Source: an uncultured bacterium (GTDB lineage Bacteria; Patescibacteriota; Minisyncoccia; UBA6257; UBA9933). Taken from it: DNA of 64,000 nt. Under the pieces are notes generated by a model. That model saw only the letters and a list, made by a program, of their open reading frames with translations, searched no databases and was not told the DNA's origin. A program made the translations under genes and the position numbers. The stretch spans positions 2,915 through 66,914 of the forward strand of contig CAJVXI010000001.1 in the NCBI GenBank assembly GCA_913009635.1, given 5' to 3'. Below, piece after piece: positions 36,013 to 45,423 of this stretch (position 1 is the stretch's first letter; each line of letters opens with the position of its first letter).

Positions 36013-36864
36013 ATGAAAATTGATAATTGGGTTATTTTGTTGGTTTTGTTTTTAATTCTTTTTGATGTTTTTGTTTGGAAGCAGGTTGTTTTTGACAGTC
36101 CGAATGAAAATCTGGAAGTTTATTTCTTGGAAGTTGGACAAGGCGACAGTGAATTGGTTTTTTTGCCGGGCGGGGTCAAAATCCTGATTGACGGAGGTCC
36201 TAATAGCAAAATTCTTGATGAATTATCGTCAATTTTAAGGCCAACTGACCGCTATATTGATTTAGCGGTTCTTTCTCATCCGGAGTTAGATCATTTTGGC
36301 GGTTTGATAGATGTTTTAAAAAGATATCAAATTGGCGCTTTTATTTTTAACGGTCGACGCGGCACAGCTCCAGCTTTCCATGATTTAGAGAAAATCATAA
36401 AAGAAAATAACATCGCAGCCGTTGTTCTTGGCGAAGGAGACGGCATTAAATATATTGAAAATCAGTTTAGTATTCTATCTCCATCAGAGGAATTTTTAAG
36501 CAGTTATGAATTAAATGACACGACTTTAGTAATGAAGTTTGAGAATGAAAGCGTTAAAATTTTATTTACCGGAGATATTGATAAGAAAATTGAATATTAT
36601 TTAATTGAAAAATACGACTTAAATGTTGATATTCTTAAGGTCGCTCATCATGGCTCAAGATTTTCTTCAAGTGAGGGGTTTATAAAAGAAACAAGCCCGA
36701 AAGTATCAGTTATTGAGGTTGGTAAGAATTCTTATGGTCATCCAACAAAGTATGTTTTAAATAAATTAGCTTCAATTGGTTCCCAGATTTTTCGTACTGA
36801 CAAAAACGGAACTGTGAAATTAGTAATAGACGCAGAAAATATAAGTATTTTTAATAAATATTAA
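36013..36864 (+). CDS. ComEC-type metallo-beta-lactamase domain protein. This is the C-terminal ComEC domain encoded as a separate gene.
   Basis: 'VYFLEVGQGDSELVFLPGGVKILIDGG', 'SHPELDHFGGL', 'LFTGDID' and 'KVAHHGSRFSS'. Confidence 0.75.
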   Translation: MKIDNWVILLVLFLILFDVFVWKQVVFDSPNENLEVYFLEVGQGDSELVFLPGGVKILIDGGPNSKILDELSSILRPTDRYIDLAVLSHPELDHFGGLIDVLKRYQIGAFIFNGRRGTAPAFHDLEKIIKENNIAAVVLGEGDGIKYIENQFSILSPSEEFLSSYELNDTTLVMKFENESVKILFTGDIDKKIEYYLIEKYDLNVDILKVAHHGSRFSSSEGFIKETSPKVSVIEVGKNSYGHPTKYVLNKLASIGSQIFRTDKNGTVKLVIDAENISIFNKY

Positions 36865-36892
36865 TCTATGGACATTCGATGTCCTTAAATTA

Positions 36893-36925
36893 GAAAAGAA
36901 AATAAAACATTGACAAGCCCTCTTT
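36893..36925 (+). promoter_or_regulatory. Sigma70-like promoter with -35 TTGACA, a 17-nt spacer and -10 TATAAA.
   Basis: 'cattgacaagccctcttttatatgctataaat' lies upstream of the small ORF at 36990. Confidence 0.4.
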
Positions 36926-36989
36926 TATATGCTATAAATAAATTTAATAGGAAATAGAAAATTAAAAAATAAATAAAGAGGGACAGGAG

Positions 36990-37142
36990 ATGAATACGAA
37001 TGAAAGAACGAAGTCGTTAATACCAGCATTAATCGTTGTTGCGGTTTGTTTGACAGTGGCTTTTATTGGAATGGTATCTGGCCGTGAAGTGTTAACCATA
37101 TCAGCTTTAGTTGGAGCATTGATGTCTTTGATATGGGCATAG
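36990..37142 (+). CDS. Unannotated 50-aa hydrophobic peptide (MNTNERTKSLIPALIVVAVCLTVAFIGMVSGREVLTISALVGALMSLIWA). It is below the 60-aa cut-off of the ORF track.
   Basis: It has its own promoter and a purine-rich 'agagggacaggag' stretch before the ATG. It predicts two TM helices. Confidence 0.3.
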   Translation: MNTNERTKSLIPALIVVAVCLTVAFIGMVSGREVLTISALVGALMSLIWA

Positions 37143-37197
37143 ACAAAGATAACGGCCTAGAAAAATTTAAACGCTCAAGTATTATACTTGAGCGTTT

Positions 37198-38148
37198 TTA
37201 TTTTTTTAAAGCTAATGAAATAATTTTATCTAAGAGTTTTGGAAATTCAAGACCTACCAATGCGGCAGATTGCGGTAAGAGGGATGTTTCAGTCATTCCT
37301 GGCAAGGTATTTAATTCTAAAATATAAATTTTGTCTTTATTTATCCTATTAGAAATTCCATTTCTAATTGGGTTAATTATAAAATCAGAGCGTGAATAAT
37401 GACGGCATTTTAATATTTTATGCGCGATAATTGATTGTTTTTGAATTTCTTTGGTTAATTTATTTGATATTTTTGCCGGCGTTATCTCATTGGAAGCGCC
37501 TTTTTTATATTTGGCTTCATAATCAAAGAATTTATATTTTTTATTAGGGATTATCTCTGTTATTGGCAAAGCAAAGAATTTTTTGCCTTTATAATTTTCA
37601 ATAATACCGCATGTAAATTCTCGACCAGATAAATATTCTTCCGCCAGAATTTTCTTATCGTATTTTTTTGCCAGATTTATGGCTTTTTTTAGTTGAGATT
37701 TTTTATAGACAATTGTCATTCCAATACTTGAACCGCGGCCAATTGGCTTAACGATCAACGGAGGATTAGTGGTTATCATTGGTATATTTAATCCGGCAGA
37801 TTTAAATAATTTTCTACTGGCGATTTTATCCATTGCAAGTCGTGATGATTTCGGTCCCGAACCAGTATAGGCAATTTTATATTGTTCAAGTAGTTTTTGA
37901 ATTACACCGTCTTCGCCAAATTCACCGTGCATTGCGTTAAATATTAAATCAACTTTTTTTAGGAATTTTTTAGCAGGAATTTTTTTACCATTTTCAAGCC
38001 AAATTTCTTTTTTAGAAATAACACAAGGAAAAATAAAATATTTATCTTTATTTAAGTTTTTAATAATCATTTCGCCGGTTTTTAACGAGATGTCATGTTC
38101 AGCCGAAGGCCCTCCCATCAATACGCCGATTTTAAGCTTCTTTTTCAT
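37198..38148 (-). CDS. ddl: D-alanine--D-alanine ligase.
   Basis: 'KIGVLMGGPSAEHDISLKTG' and the ATP-grasp C-terminal domain. Confidence 0.9.
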   Translation of the reverse strand: MKKKLKIGVLMGGPSAEHDISLKTGEMIIKNLNKDKYFIFPCVISKKEIWLENGKKIPAKKFLKKVDLIFNAMHGEFGEDGVIQKLLEQYKIAYTGSGPKSSRLAMDKIASRKLFKSAGLNIPMITTNPPLIVKPIGRGSSIGMTIVYKKSQLKKAINLAKKYDKKILAEEYLSGREFTCGIIENYKGKKFFALPITEIIPNKKYKFFDYEAKYKKGASNEITPAKISNKLTKEIQKQSIIAHKILKCRHYSRSDFIINPIRNGISNRINKDKIYILELNTLPGMTETSLLPQSAALVGLEFPKLLDKIISLALKK

Positions 38149-38189
38149 AATTGTTGTTTTTTAATTGAGATGTTATTATTATAAACACA

Positions 38190-39578
38190 ATGCGTACTTT
38201 AGTTAAGGATATTATAAATAAGGAAGGCGAGAAGGTTGAATTGGCAGGGTGGGTAGCAGTGCGACGTGACCATGGCAAGGTTATTTTTATTGATTTGCGG
38301 GACAGGAGCGGAATAGTTCAAATGGTTTTTACGCCATCCAATAAAAAACTTTATGAAGTAGTTGAACAACTACGACCTGAGTGGGTGATAAAAGTAATTG
38401 GTAAAGTAAGCCGTCGGCCGGAAAAAATGAAAAATCCTAACATAGAAACGGGTGAATTTGAAATTCAGGCCGAAGGATTGGAAATTTTAAATCTAGCTGA
38501 AACTCCGCCATTGGCTGTTGATACTGATGGCTATGAAATTGGAGAAGATGTTAGGATGAAATATCGCTATTTGGACTTGCGCAGGCCGCGTTTACAGAAG
38601 AATCTAAAATTACGGGCTAATATTATTAAATTTATACGTGATTTTTTGATTGATAAAGAATTTATTGAAGTGGAAACGCCTGTTTTGGGTAAATCAACTC
38701 CTGAAGGAGCAAGGGATTATCTAGTGCCTTCGCGTCTTCAGTCGGGTAAATTTTACGCTTTACCTCAATCACCGCAGCAATACAAACAGCTTTTAATGGT
38801 GGCTGGTTTAGAGAGGTATTTTCAGATTGTTAAGTGTTTTCGAGACGAAGATACGCGTGGTGATCGTCAGCCGGAATTTACACAGCTTGATATAGAGATG
38901 AGCTTTACTAATCAGGAAGAGATTTTGAAATTAGTAGAAGATCTTTACGTAGAAGCCGTTAAGAAGTTTATGCCGGAGAAGAAAATTAAAGAAATTCCTT
39001 TTCCGAGAATATCTTACAAAGAAGCGATGGAAAAATACGGCAATGATAGGCCTGATTTACGCGAGGATAAAAACAATAAAAGTGAATTAGCTTTTGCTTT
39101 TGTTGTTGATTTTCCGATGTTTGAATGGCGCGAAGAGGAAAAACGCTGGGACGCGGTTCATCATCCATTTACCAAGCCGAAAGTTGAAAAAATAGAAGAA
39201 TTAAAAGATGACCCTTCTAAAGTCGGCGCTTATCAATATGACCTTGTATTAAACGGAGAAGAAATTGGAGGAGGAAGTATTAGAAGTCATGATCCAGAAA
39301 TTCTTAAAGCAGTATTTGAAATAATGGGGCATAGTAAAGAAAACATTAATAAACAGTTTGGTCATTTAATGGAAGCATTTAAATATGGTACGCCTCCACA
39401 CGGAGGAATTGCATTGGGGCTTGATAGATTACTGGCAGTTTTATTGGATGAACCAAATATCCGTGAAGTAATTGCTTTTCCAAAAACCGGAGACGGAAGA
39501 GATTTAATGATGCAAGCGCCCAGTGAGGTCGATGAAAAACAATTAAATGAATTAAATATAAAAATAAACAAAAAATGA
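38190..39578 (+). CDS. aspS: Aspartate--tRNA ligase, compact form lacking the GAD insertion.
   Basis: OB-fold N-domain and motif 2 'FRDEDTRGDRQPEFTQLDIEMSF' (compare E. coli 'FRDEDLRADRQPEFTQID'). Confidence 0.8.
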   Translation: MRTLVKDIINKEGEKVELAGWVAVRRDHGKVIFIDLRDRSGIVQMVFTPSNKKLYEVVEQLRPEWVIKVIGKVSRRPEKMKNPNIETGEFEIQAEGLEILNLAETPPLAVDTDGYEIGEDVRMKYRYLDLRRPRLQKNLKLRANIIKFIRDFLIDKEFIEVETPVLGKSTPEGARDYLVPSRLQSGKFYALPQSPQQYKQLLMVAGLERYFQIVKCFRDEDTRGDRQPEFTQLDIEMSFTNQEEILKLVEDLYVEAVKKFMPEKKIKEIPFPRISYKEAMEKYGNDRPDLREDKNNKSELAFAFVVDFPMFEWREEEKRWDAVHHPFTKPKVEKIEELKDDPSKVGAYQYDLVLNGEEIGGGSIRSHDPEILKAVFEIMGHSKENINKQFGHLMEAFKYGTPPHGGIALGLDRLLAVLLDEPNIREVIAFPKTGDGRDLMMQAPSEVDEKQLNELNIKINKK

Positions 39579-40171
39579 AAACAGAAAAAACATTTATTAT
39601 AATTAAACCAGACGGCGTGCAGAGATCTTTGATTGGAGAAATTATTCAACGACTTGAAAGGACGGGGCTGAAACTTGTTGCCGTAAAAATGATTGTCCCA
39701 GACGAAAATTTTATTGAAAAGCATTACACAATTGACCCAGAGTGGAAAGGGACTGTTGGAGAAAAAACAATTAAAAGCTATCGCGAAAAGGGGCTGAAAC
39801 CGCCGTATGACGATCCGCATAAAGTAGGAAATATAGTTCTTGGTAATCTTAAAAAATTTATGACTTCAGGTCCAGTGATTGCCATGGTTTTGCAGGGGCT
39901 TCATGCCGTGAAACTTGTCAGAAAATTGGTTGGCGGCACCGAACCGTTCGCTTCTGATGTAGGCACAATCCGCGGTGATTTTGTTTTAGATTCGTATCAG
40001 CTGGCTGATATTGATGGAAGAGCTATTAGAAATCTTGTACATGCATCCGGTTCAATTGAAGAAGCAAATAAAGAAATCGCTTTGTGGTTTAAGCCGGAAG
40101 AAATCATAAATTATCGTCTGATTCAGGAAAGGATTTTATATGATGTTAATTTAGATGAGATTTTGGAATAA
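39575..40171 (+). CDS. ndk: Nucleoside diphosphate kinase, a long form with an insertion.
   Basis: 'TFIIIKPDGVQRSLIGEII' and 'NLVHASGSIEEANKEIALWF'. Confidence 0.85.
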   Translation: MKTEKTFIIIKPDGVQRSLIGEIIQRLERTGLKLVAVKMIVPDENFIEKHYTIDPEWKGTVGEKTIKSYREKGLKPPYDDPHKVGNIVLGNLKKFMTSGPVIAMVLQGLHAVKLVRKLVGGTEPFASDVGTIRGDFVLDSYQLADIDGRAIRNLVHASGSIEEANKEIALWFKPEEIINYRLIQERILYDVNLDEILE

Positions 40172-40204
40172 GCGGCTATTGACTCTTTATTTTTATGTTA
40201 TAAT

Positions 40205-40357
40205 TATAGCGAGTTCCAGTTAGTGATTTCTCGGATCAAATCGGATTTTCAGGGAGAACAACAGCGCTTTGGCTCTTGGGCTAAAGTTGAGTTCACCCAC
40301 TTGGCGAATAGCCGAGAGAATCCAACGGCTGGAACTCATGAAAAAGCAGTGGAATGA
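40205..40357 (+). ncRNA. Candidate structured RNA or leader. It has the long-range pairing 'gagttccag...ctggaactc', nested 'ttctcgg/ccgagaa' pairing and an intrinsic terminator hairpin 'aaaaagcagtggaatgactgcttttt'.
   Basis: The pairing was read by eye. It lies in a 330-bp gap upstream of rpmB. No family was recognised. Confidence 0.3.
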
Positions 40358-40503
40358 CTGCTTTTTCGTTTCTAAACTTACCGAAGGATTGATACTTCGG
40401 AAATGTGCTCAGTATCAATCTCCTCGAGTCTGAGTCTCGGAGTCGAAGATCTGAGCTTACCGAAGGATTGATATTTTATAAATTATTTGTAATACTTATT
40501 GTT

Positions 40504-40689
40504 ATGAAACAATGCGAAATATGTGGGAAGGGTTCAATTATGCGAAATGCCAGAAAAAAACTTCGTGGTATTTATAACCCGACCGGCAAAAAAAGAAAAT
40601 ATCCCAATATTCAGAAAACTCGTTGTTCGGAAGGGAAGCGAATTTTAGCATGCACAACTTGTATTAAAAAAATAACTAAACCCCGTTAG
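40504..40689 (+). CDS. rpmB: 50S ribosomal protein L28. The ORF track opens at 40405, so the likely start is 40504.
   Basis: 'MKQCEICGKGSIMRNARKKLRGIYNPTGKKRKYPNIQKTR...ACTTCIKK' shows the L28 pattern (C..TGK....GN.......PTGK.R..PNLQK.R) with Zn-ribbon cysteines. Confidence 0.6.
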   Translation: MKQCEICGKGSIMRNARKKLRGIYNPTGKKRKYPNIQKTRCSEGKRILACTTCIKKITKPR

Positions 40690-40811
40690 AAAAAGGAGAG
40701 TTTAACTCTTTTTTAATATTTTTTAATATATGCGAATAACTTTACCTATAGAGAGTTGTGATGTTTTTTCTAACGGGGTAAATCTAAATAGGACTTAGTT
40801 ATTTTTTATTT

Positions 40812-41270
40812 ATGGATAGATATCAAATTATCAGTTTAATAATTCAAGGATTAATAGCTTTTGGAGCTTTTGGCGGTTGGCAGTTGATTGTCAGCAAGCG
40901 CAAGAAAAGATTACAGGAAATTATTACAGTATCAATAGAATCGGATAAAGATTTTATAAAATTTTTTAATACTGGAAAGATAAATTTATATATTCATAAC
41001 ATAGAAGTTAAAGATGAGAAGACCCGTCAGTTAATTGGAGAAGATAGTGTTTTTGACGAGCCACGGCTTTTGGTTGCCGGAACCGCGGAATCAAGTTATT
41101 ACGAGTATCCAATTTCCAAAGATTTACTGGAATACAAGAAAATTAGATTTTGTTTGTTTTTAACAGATGAACTTGGCAAGAAATGGTTTTCTGAACATGG
41201 CGGTGAGATTAATAATGGAGAGATAAGAGTTTGGTCTTATAAAAATTACGAAAAAGAGTGGAGTTTGTGA
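40812..41270 (+). CDS. Hypothetical protein with an N-terminal TM helix.
   Basis: No recognisable motifs. Confidence 0.35.
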   Translation: MDRYQIISLIIQGLIAFGAFGGWQLIVSKRKKRLQEIITVSIESDKDFIKFFNTGKINLYIHNIEVKDEKTRQLIGEDSVFDEPRLLVAGTAESSYYEYPISKDLLEYKKIRFCLFLTDELGKKWFSEHGGEINNGEIRVWSYKNYEKEWSL

Positions 41271-41273
41271 ATT

Positions 41274-41741
41274 ATGAAAAAAATTTTAACACTTTGCATG
41301 ATTCATAATGACACTCATATGCTTTTAGGAATGAAGAAGCGTGGTTTTGGCGAAGGCAGATGGAATGGTTTTGGAGGCAAGGTAACAGACGGAGAAGCAA
41401 TAGAAGAAGCAACAAAAAGAGAATTAAAAGAAGAAGCAGGAATAACTGTGGTAGATATAGATAAAAGAGGAATAATAGGTTTTTCTTTTGAAAATAATTC
41501 TGAAATGATAGAAGTTCATATTTTTAGCGCTTGTAATTTTGAGGGAGAACCCACGGAAAGCGAAGAAATGAGGCCACAATGGTTTGCGAAAGATGAAATT
41601 CCTTTTGACACGATGTGGATAGATGATGAGCATTGGATACCCATGTTTTTAGAGGGGAAGAAGTTTCGCGGTAATTTTCATTTTACAGAAGATGAAAAAA
41701 GTATAATTAGTTATAATATTGAGGAAGTATTAGAGTTATAA
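41274..41741 (+). CDS. NUDIX hydrolase (MutT-like).
   Basis: Nudix box 'GGKVTDGEAIEEATKRELKEEAGI'. Confidence 0.85.
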   Translation: MKKILTLCMIHNDTHMLLGMKKRGFGEGRWNGFGGKVTDGEAIEEATKRELKEEAGITVVDIDKRGIIGFSFENNSEMIEVHIFSACNFEGEPTESEEMRPQWFAKDEIPFDTMWIDDEHWIPMFLEGKKFRGNFHFTEDEKSIISYNIEEVLEL

Positions 41742-41749
41742 ATTAATCT

Positions 41750-42076
41750 ATGAAATACTTAATTTTAATTATTGCCGGGATTTTGGGGATTTGGGTTGGC
41801 AGGAAGTTGGCGATGTGCAGGACGATGAATAAAGGTAGTACGGTTGGCAAGGGAAATTTAATGGAATTGAATGAAGCGAAAAAAATTGCCAAAGAGAAAA
41901 ACAAAGAGAAAATACTTGAATTATTAAAAGAAAAGGACCAAATCACAAATAACGATATTGAAAGCGCCTTAGGTGTTTCTGACGCGACAGCTACTCGTTA
42001 TTTTGAGGAATTAGAACAAGAGGGAAAGATAATCCAAAAAGGAGAAGGAAGAGGAGTTTATTATATAAAAACTTAA
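41750..42076 (+). CDS. Winged-helix DNA-binding protein, possibly with an N-terminal TM helix.
   Basis: The C-terminal wHTH is 'KILELLKEKDQITNNDIESALGVSDATATRYFEELEQEGKIIQKG'. Confidence 0.4.
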   Translation: MKYLILIIAGILGIWVGRKLAMCRTMNKGSTVGKGNLMELNEAKKIAKEKNKEKILELLKEKDQITNNDIESALGVSDATATRYFEELEQEGKIIQKGEGRGVYYIKT

Positions 42077-42077
42077 T

Positions 42078-42118
42078 AAATAAACGGCTCACACGGCGTG
42101 TGAGCCGTTTATTGTGGG
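42078..42118 (+). terminator. Hairpin 'aaacggctcacacggcgtgtgagccgttt' plus 'attgtgggtaattttt'. It is identical to the hairpin at 31801-31840.
   Basis: It sits immediately 3' of the CDS that ends at 42076. Confidence 0.5.
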
Positions 42119-42187
42119 TAATTTTTATATCTCTAATTCGCGCGAATGGTAGAATGAAGAAAGTTTTTGTTATATAATAATTGAGAT

Positions 42188-42448
42188 ATGCGAAATTTAG
42201 AAAAAAATTTAAAAGTGTTAGCTAATCGGCGGCGCTTGGCCATACTTAAGTATTTAAAACGCAATAAGGAGGCACCAGTGGCAGAAATTGCTCATGAAAT
42301 CAATTTATCATTTAAAGCCACTTCAAAACACCTTTGTATTTTAGCTGCTGTTGATATTATTAAGAAAGACCAGAGAAATTTACAAATGTTTTATCGTTTG
42401 TCTACTAGTCAAAACCCAGTAGTTAAACATATTTTTTCTCTTCTTTAA
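42188..42448 (+). CDS. ArsR/SmtB-family HTH transcriptional regulator.
   Basis: 'LANRRRLAILKYLKRNKEAPVAEIAHEINLSFKATSKHLCILAAVDII'. Confidence 0.6.
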   Translation: MRNLEKNLKVLANRRRLAILKYLKRNKEAPVAEIAHEINLSFKATSKHLCILAAVDIIKKDQRNLQMFYRLSTSQNPVVKHIFSLL

Positions 42449-42512
42449 TTATTTTTTAATTTCTTTTTAACCTTCTCTAATTCGCGCGAATTAGAGAATA
42501 GTAAAGAATAGT

Positions 42513-42821
42513 ATGGATAAAATAAAAATTAATTGGCTTACTAAAATATTTTTAAAACTTTGGCCAAAATTGGCAATGAAGCATTTCGCAAAAAAGATGG
42601 GTATCAATAATTCATTATTTGACCAAGCCCACGAAGTTTTTTCTCAAACTAACCGCATTGATATTTTGCCATTAAAATCCGGGCATCGTGGCTTTATGAT
42701 TATTATGGACAGGAAAACCGCTCTTTATTTTTATCAAGACAACGACCATTTTATTTATGATGGTTTTGAGATGAGGAAATATAACAAAGGCGATGTGATA
42801 ATATTTGATAATGTTAAATAA
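42513..42821 (+). CDS. Hypothetical protein.
   Basis: ORF only, with no motif. Confidence 0.3.
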   Translation: MDKIKINWLTKIFLKLWPKLAMKHFAKKMGINNSLFDQAHEVFSQTNRIDILPLKSGHRGFMIIMDRKTALYFYQDNDHFIYDGFEMRKYNKGDVIIFDNVK

Positions 42822-42853
42822 GGAGGAATTAATAATTATGGTAAATTAAATTT

Positions 42854-43420
42854 ATGAAAAGAGCGGTTATCATACATTGTTGGGGAGGGAAACCGAATTA
42901 TTGCTGGTATCCAAATACCAAAAAAGAATTAGAGGATAAAGGGTATGAGGTTGCTGTTCCTGAAATGCCGGACACTGATTATCCCAAATTTGATAAATGG
43001 TTTTCAAAATTAAAAGAAGTTATTGGAGATCCGGATGAGAATCTTTATTTAATCGGGCACAGCTTGGGGTGTATTACTATTTTAAGATATTTGGAATCTT
43101 TAAAAGAAGGAGAGAAAATCGGTGGAGCTGTTTTAGTGGCGGGTTTCGCAGGCGGTATAGACATTGAAGAAATTGAAAGCTTTATAAATAAGCCGGTTGA
43201 TTTTAAAAAAATTAAATCGCATTGTAAAAATTTCATTGCTATTCATTCTGATAATGATCCTTTTGTTCCATTGAAACACGGAGATATTCTTAAAGAAAAG
43301 CTTGGCGCTAAATTAATTATTAAGAATAATATGAAGCATTTTTCAGGCGAGATAGATAAAGAAGAAAATTGTATTGAATTGCCTGATGTTGTAGAGAATT
43401 TATTAGAGATTAGTAAATAA
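42854..43420 (+). CDS. Serine hydrolase of the RBBP9/YdeN alpha/beta-hydrolase family.
   Basis: 'AVIIHCWGGKPNYCWYP' and the nucleophile elbow 'GHSLGC'. Confidence 0.7.
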   Translation: MKRAVIIHCWGGKPNYCWYPNTKKELEDKGYEVAVPEMPDTDYPKFDKWFSKLKEVIGDPDENLYLIGHSLGCITILRYLESLKEGEKIGGAVLVAGFAGGIDIEEIESFINKPVDFKKIKSHCKNFIAIHSDNDPFVPLKHGDILKEKLGAKLIIKNNMKHFSGEIDKEENCIELPDVVENLLEISK

Positions 43421-43481
43421 AAATTTTACGATTATTTAGTGGAAAACATTTTTTATATAATGTACTATTAGGGAATATATT

Positions 43482-44111
43482 ATGGATGTTTTTTCTATAA
43501 AAATATTTTTGTATCTTATAATCGTTCTTTCAGCGGTTTTTCACGAATATGCCCATAGTTGGGTAGCTTATCGTTTGGGGGATATGACGGCTAAAAATGC
43601 CGGCCGACTGACTTTGAATCCATTGGTCCATTTGGATTTATTTGGTACTGTTATTATGCCGTTATTTCTTTTATTTACTTCGGGAATTTTTCTTGGTTGG
43701 GCAAAGCCGGTTCCTTATAATCCTTTTAATTTAAGAGATAAGAAATACGGCACTTTGAAGGTTGGAATTGCCGGGCCTTCTGCTAATTTATTAATTGCTT
43801 TGTTTTTTGGATTGTTTTTGAGATTTTTCAGCGGCTATTTTTTGGCAGCTGCTATTCTTCCGCCGATTTTTATTCAGTTCTTAGGGTTGATTATTTACAT
43901 TAATATTTTTCTGGCTTTGTTTAATCTTTTGCCGTTTCCGCCGCTTGATGGTTCAAAGGTATTTGCAACTTTATTCCCACGACAATGGCGATCTTTTAGC
44001 CGACTTGGCTTTATGGGAATCTTTTTGGCTTTATTTATCGCATTTTTTATTCTTTCTCCGATAGCTCAATTTATTTTTTGGCTGATTACAGGAGTTGGGT
44101 TTAGTTTTTAG
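43482..44111 (+). CDS. Site-2 protease family (peptidase M50) membrane metalloprotease.
   Basis: HExxH 'HEYAHS' and 'NLLPFPPLDG'. Confidence 0.8.
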   Translation: MDVFSIKIFLYLIIVLSAVFHEYAHSWVAYRLGDMTAKNAGRLTLNPLVHLDLFGTVIMPLFLLFTSGIFLGWAKPVPYNPFNLRDKKYGTLKVGIAGPSANLLIALFFGLFLRFFSGYFLAAAILPPIFIQFLGLIIYINIFLALFNLLPFPPLDGSKVFATLFPRQWRSFSRLGFMGIFLALFIAFFILSPIAQFIFWLITGVGFSF

Positions 44112-44337
44112 ATTATTGACAATTATCAGCTTATTTTGTTATTATTTATAGGCCTTTAATGAGGTTTTTATTTTTCCCGATTTTATATGAGCGTAGCGAA
44201 TTAATAAAATTGAGGACCACGTTAGATAAAGCCCTGTCCCATTAGATATTTATCTAACGGGGTGGACTCATCTAACGGGGTGCTTAATTTTATAGATAAA
44301 TTTTATCGCTTTGCTCAAAAATTTATACAAAATTCGT

Positions 44338-44751
44338 ATGCCAACATTAAATCAATTAATTAAAAATAAAAGAAAGAAAGCCAAAAAGAAATCCAAATCA
44401 CCTGCGATGGGTTTTTATTTTAATACTATACAAAATAAACCTGTTTATTCTAATTCGCCTTTTAAAAGAGGTGTTTGCCTGAAGGTGTTTACAACAACGC
44501 CAAAAAAACCGAATTCCGCTTTGCGAAAAGTTGCAAGAGTGCGGTTAACCAACGGAATGGAAGTAACGGCTTATATTCCAGGCCAAGGACATCAACTTCA
44601 GGAACATTCAGTAGTAATGCTTAGGGGAGGGCGAGTTAAGGATTTGCCTGGAGTGAGATACCATATTGTTAGAGGAGTTTTGGATACAACCGGCGTAGAG
44701 GGTAGAAAGCAAGAAAGGAGCAAATATGGAACAAAGCGTTCCAAAGAGTAA
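44338..44751 (+). CDS. rpsL: 30S ribosomal protein S12. The ORF opens at 44311 and the canonical MPTLNQL start is at 44338.
   Basis: '[14 protein letters not shown]' and '[16 protein letters not shown]'. Confidence 0.95.
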   Translation: MPTLNQLIKNKRKKAKKKSKSPAMGFYFNTIQNKPVYSNSPFKRGVCLKVFTTTPKKPNSALRKVARVRLTNGMEVTAYIPGQGHQLQEHSVVMLRGGRVKDLPGVRYHIVRGVLDTTGVEGRKQERSKYGTKRSKE

Positions 44752-44807
44752 TCACTAATTAGCGAATACTTGCGAATATAGCGAATTCGCCATATTCGCG
44801 AACACTC
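44752..44807. repeat. Repeat family D copy, short form, that fills the rpsL-rpsG gap.
   Basis: 'gagtaatcactaattagcgaatacttgcgaatatagcgaattcgccatattcgcgaacactcATG'. Confidence 0.85.
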
Positions 44808-45281
44808 ATGAGAAGAAAACGTAAATATAAAAAACAATATAGTTCTGATATTCAATATGACAGTATTGCTGTTGGTCGTTTTATTAATTATTTAATGGAA
44901 GACGGTAAAAAATCAGTGGCTGAAAAAGTTCTTTATGGTGCTTTTAAAAATATAGAGAAAGAAATAAAGCATGTGAATAACGCACTTTCGGTTTTTGAGA
45001 AGGCACTTGAGAACGTTTCGCCAGTATTGGAAGTAGTTTCGCGTCGCGTCGGCGGTGCTAATTATCAGGTCCCAAGAGAAGTAAGGCCGGAACGAAAGTT
45101 TTTTTTGGCTTGTAATTGGATTCTTGAAGCAGCTCGGTCGCGTAAGGGGAAGCCAATGGCGCAGAAATTGGCCGAAGAATTAATTATGGCATCCAATAAT
45201 GAAGGAGCGGCCATTAAGAAAAAAGAAAATGTTCGAAGAATGGCGGAAGCTAATAGGGCGTTCGCTCATTTCGCCAGATAG
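44808..45281 (+). CDS. rpsG: 30S ribosomal protein S7.
   Basis: The S7 pattern is present, including 'LENVSPVLEVVSRRVGGANYQVP'. Confidence 0.95.
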   Translation: MRRKRKYKKQYSSDIQYDSIAVGRFINYLMEDGKKSVAEKVLYGAFKNIEKEIKHVNNALSVFEKALENVSPVLEVVSRRVGGANYQVPREVRPERKFFLACNWILEAARSRKGKPMAQKLAEELIMASNNEGAAIKKKENVRRMAEANRAFAHFAR

Positions 45282-45423
45282 GCTATAAATTTACAATTTT
45301 CAATTATCAATTTCTATTAAATTTACAATGACTTAATTTTCAATGACTAAACTTTTAGTCGTGTTTGCAAAATTATTGAATTAAAGATTCAATGAAAATT
45401 AAAAATTAGAAATTAAAAATTCT

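Noticed and set aside
37133-37327. 64-aa + strand ORF at 37133-37327
   Set aside because: It overlaps the 3' end of ddl on the opposite strand and has no start context. The adjacent promoter-driven 36990-37142 ORF is the better candidate.
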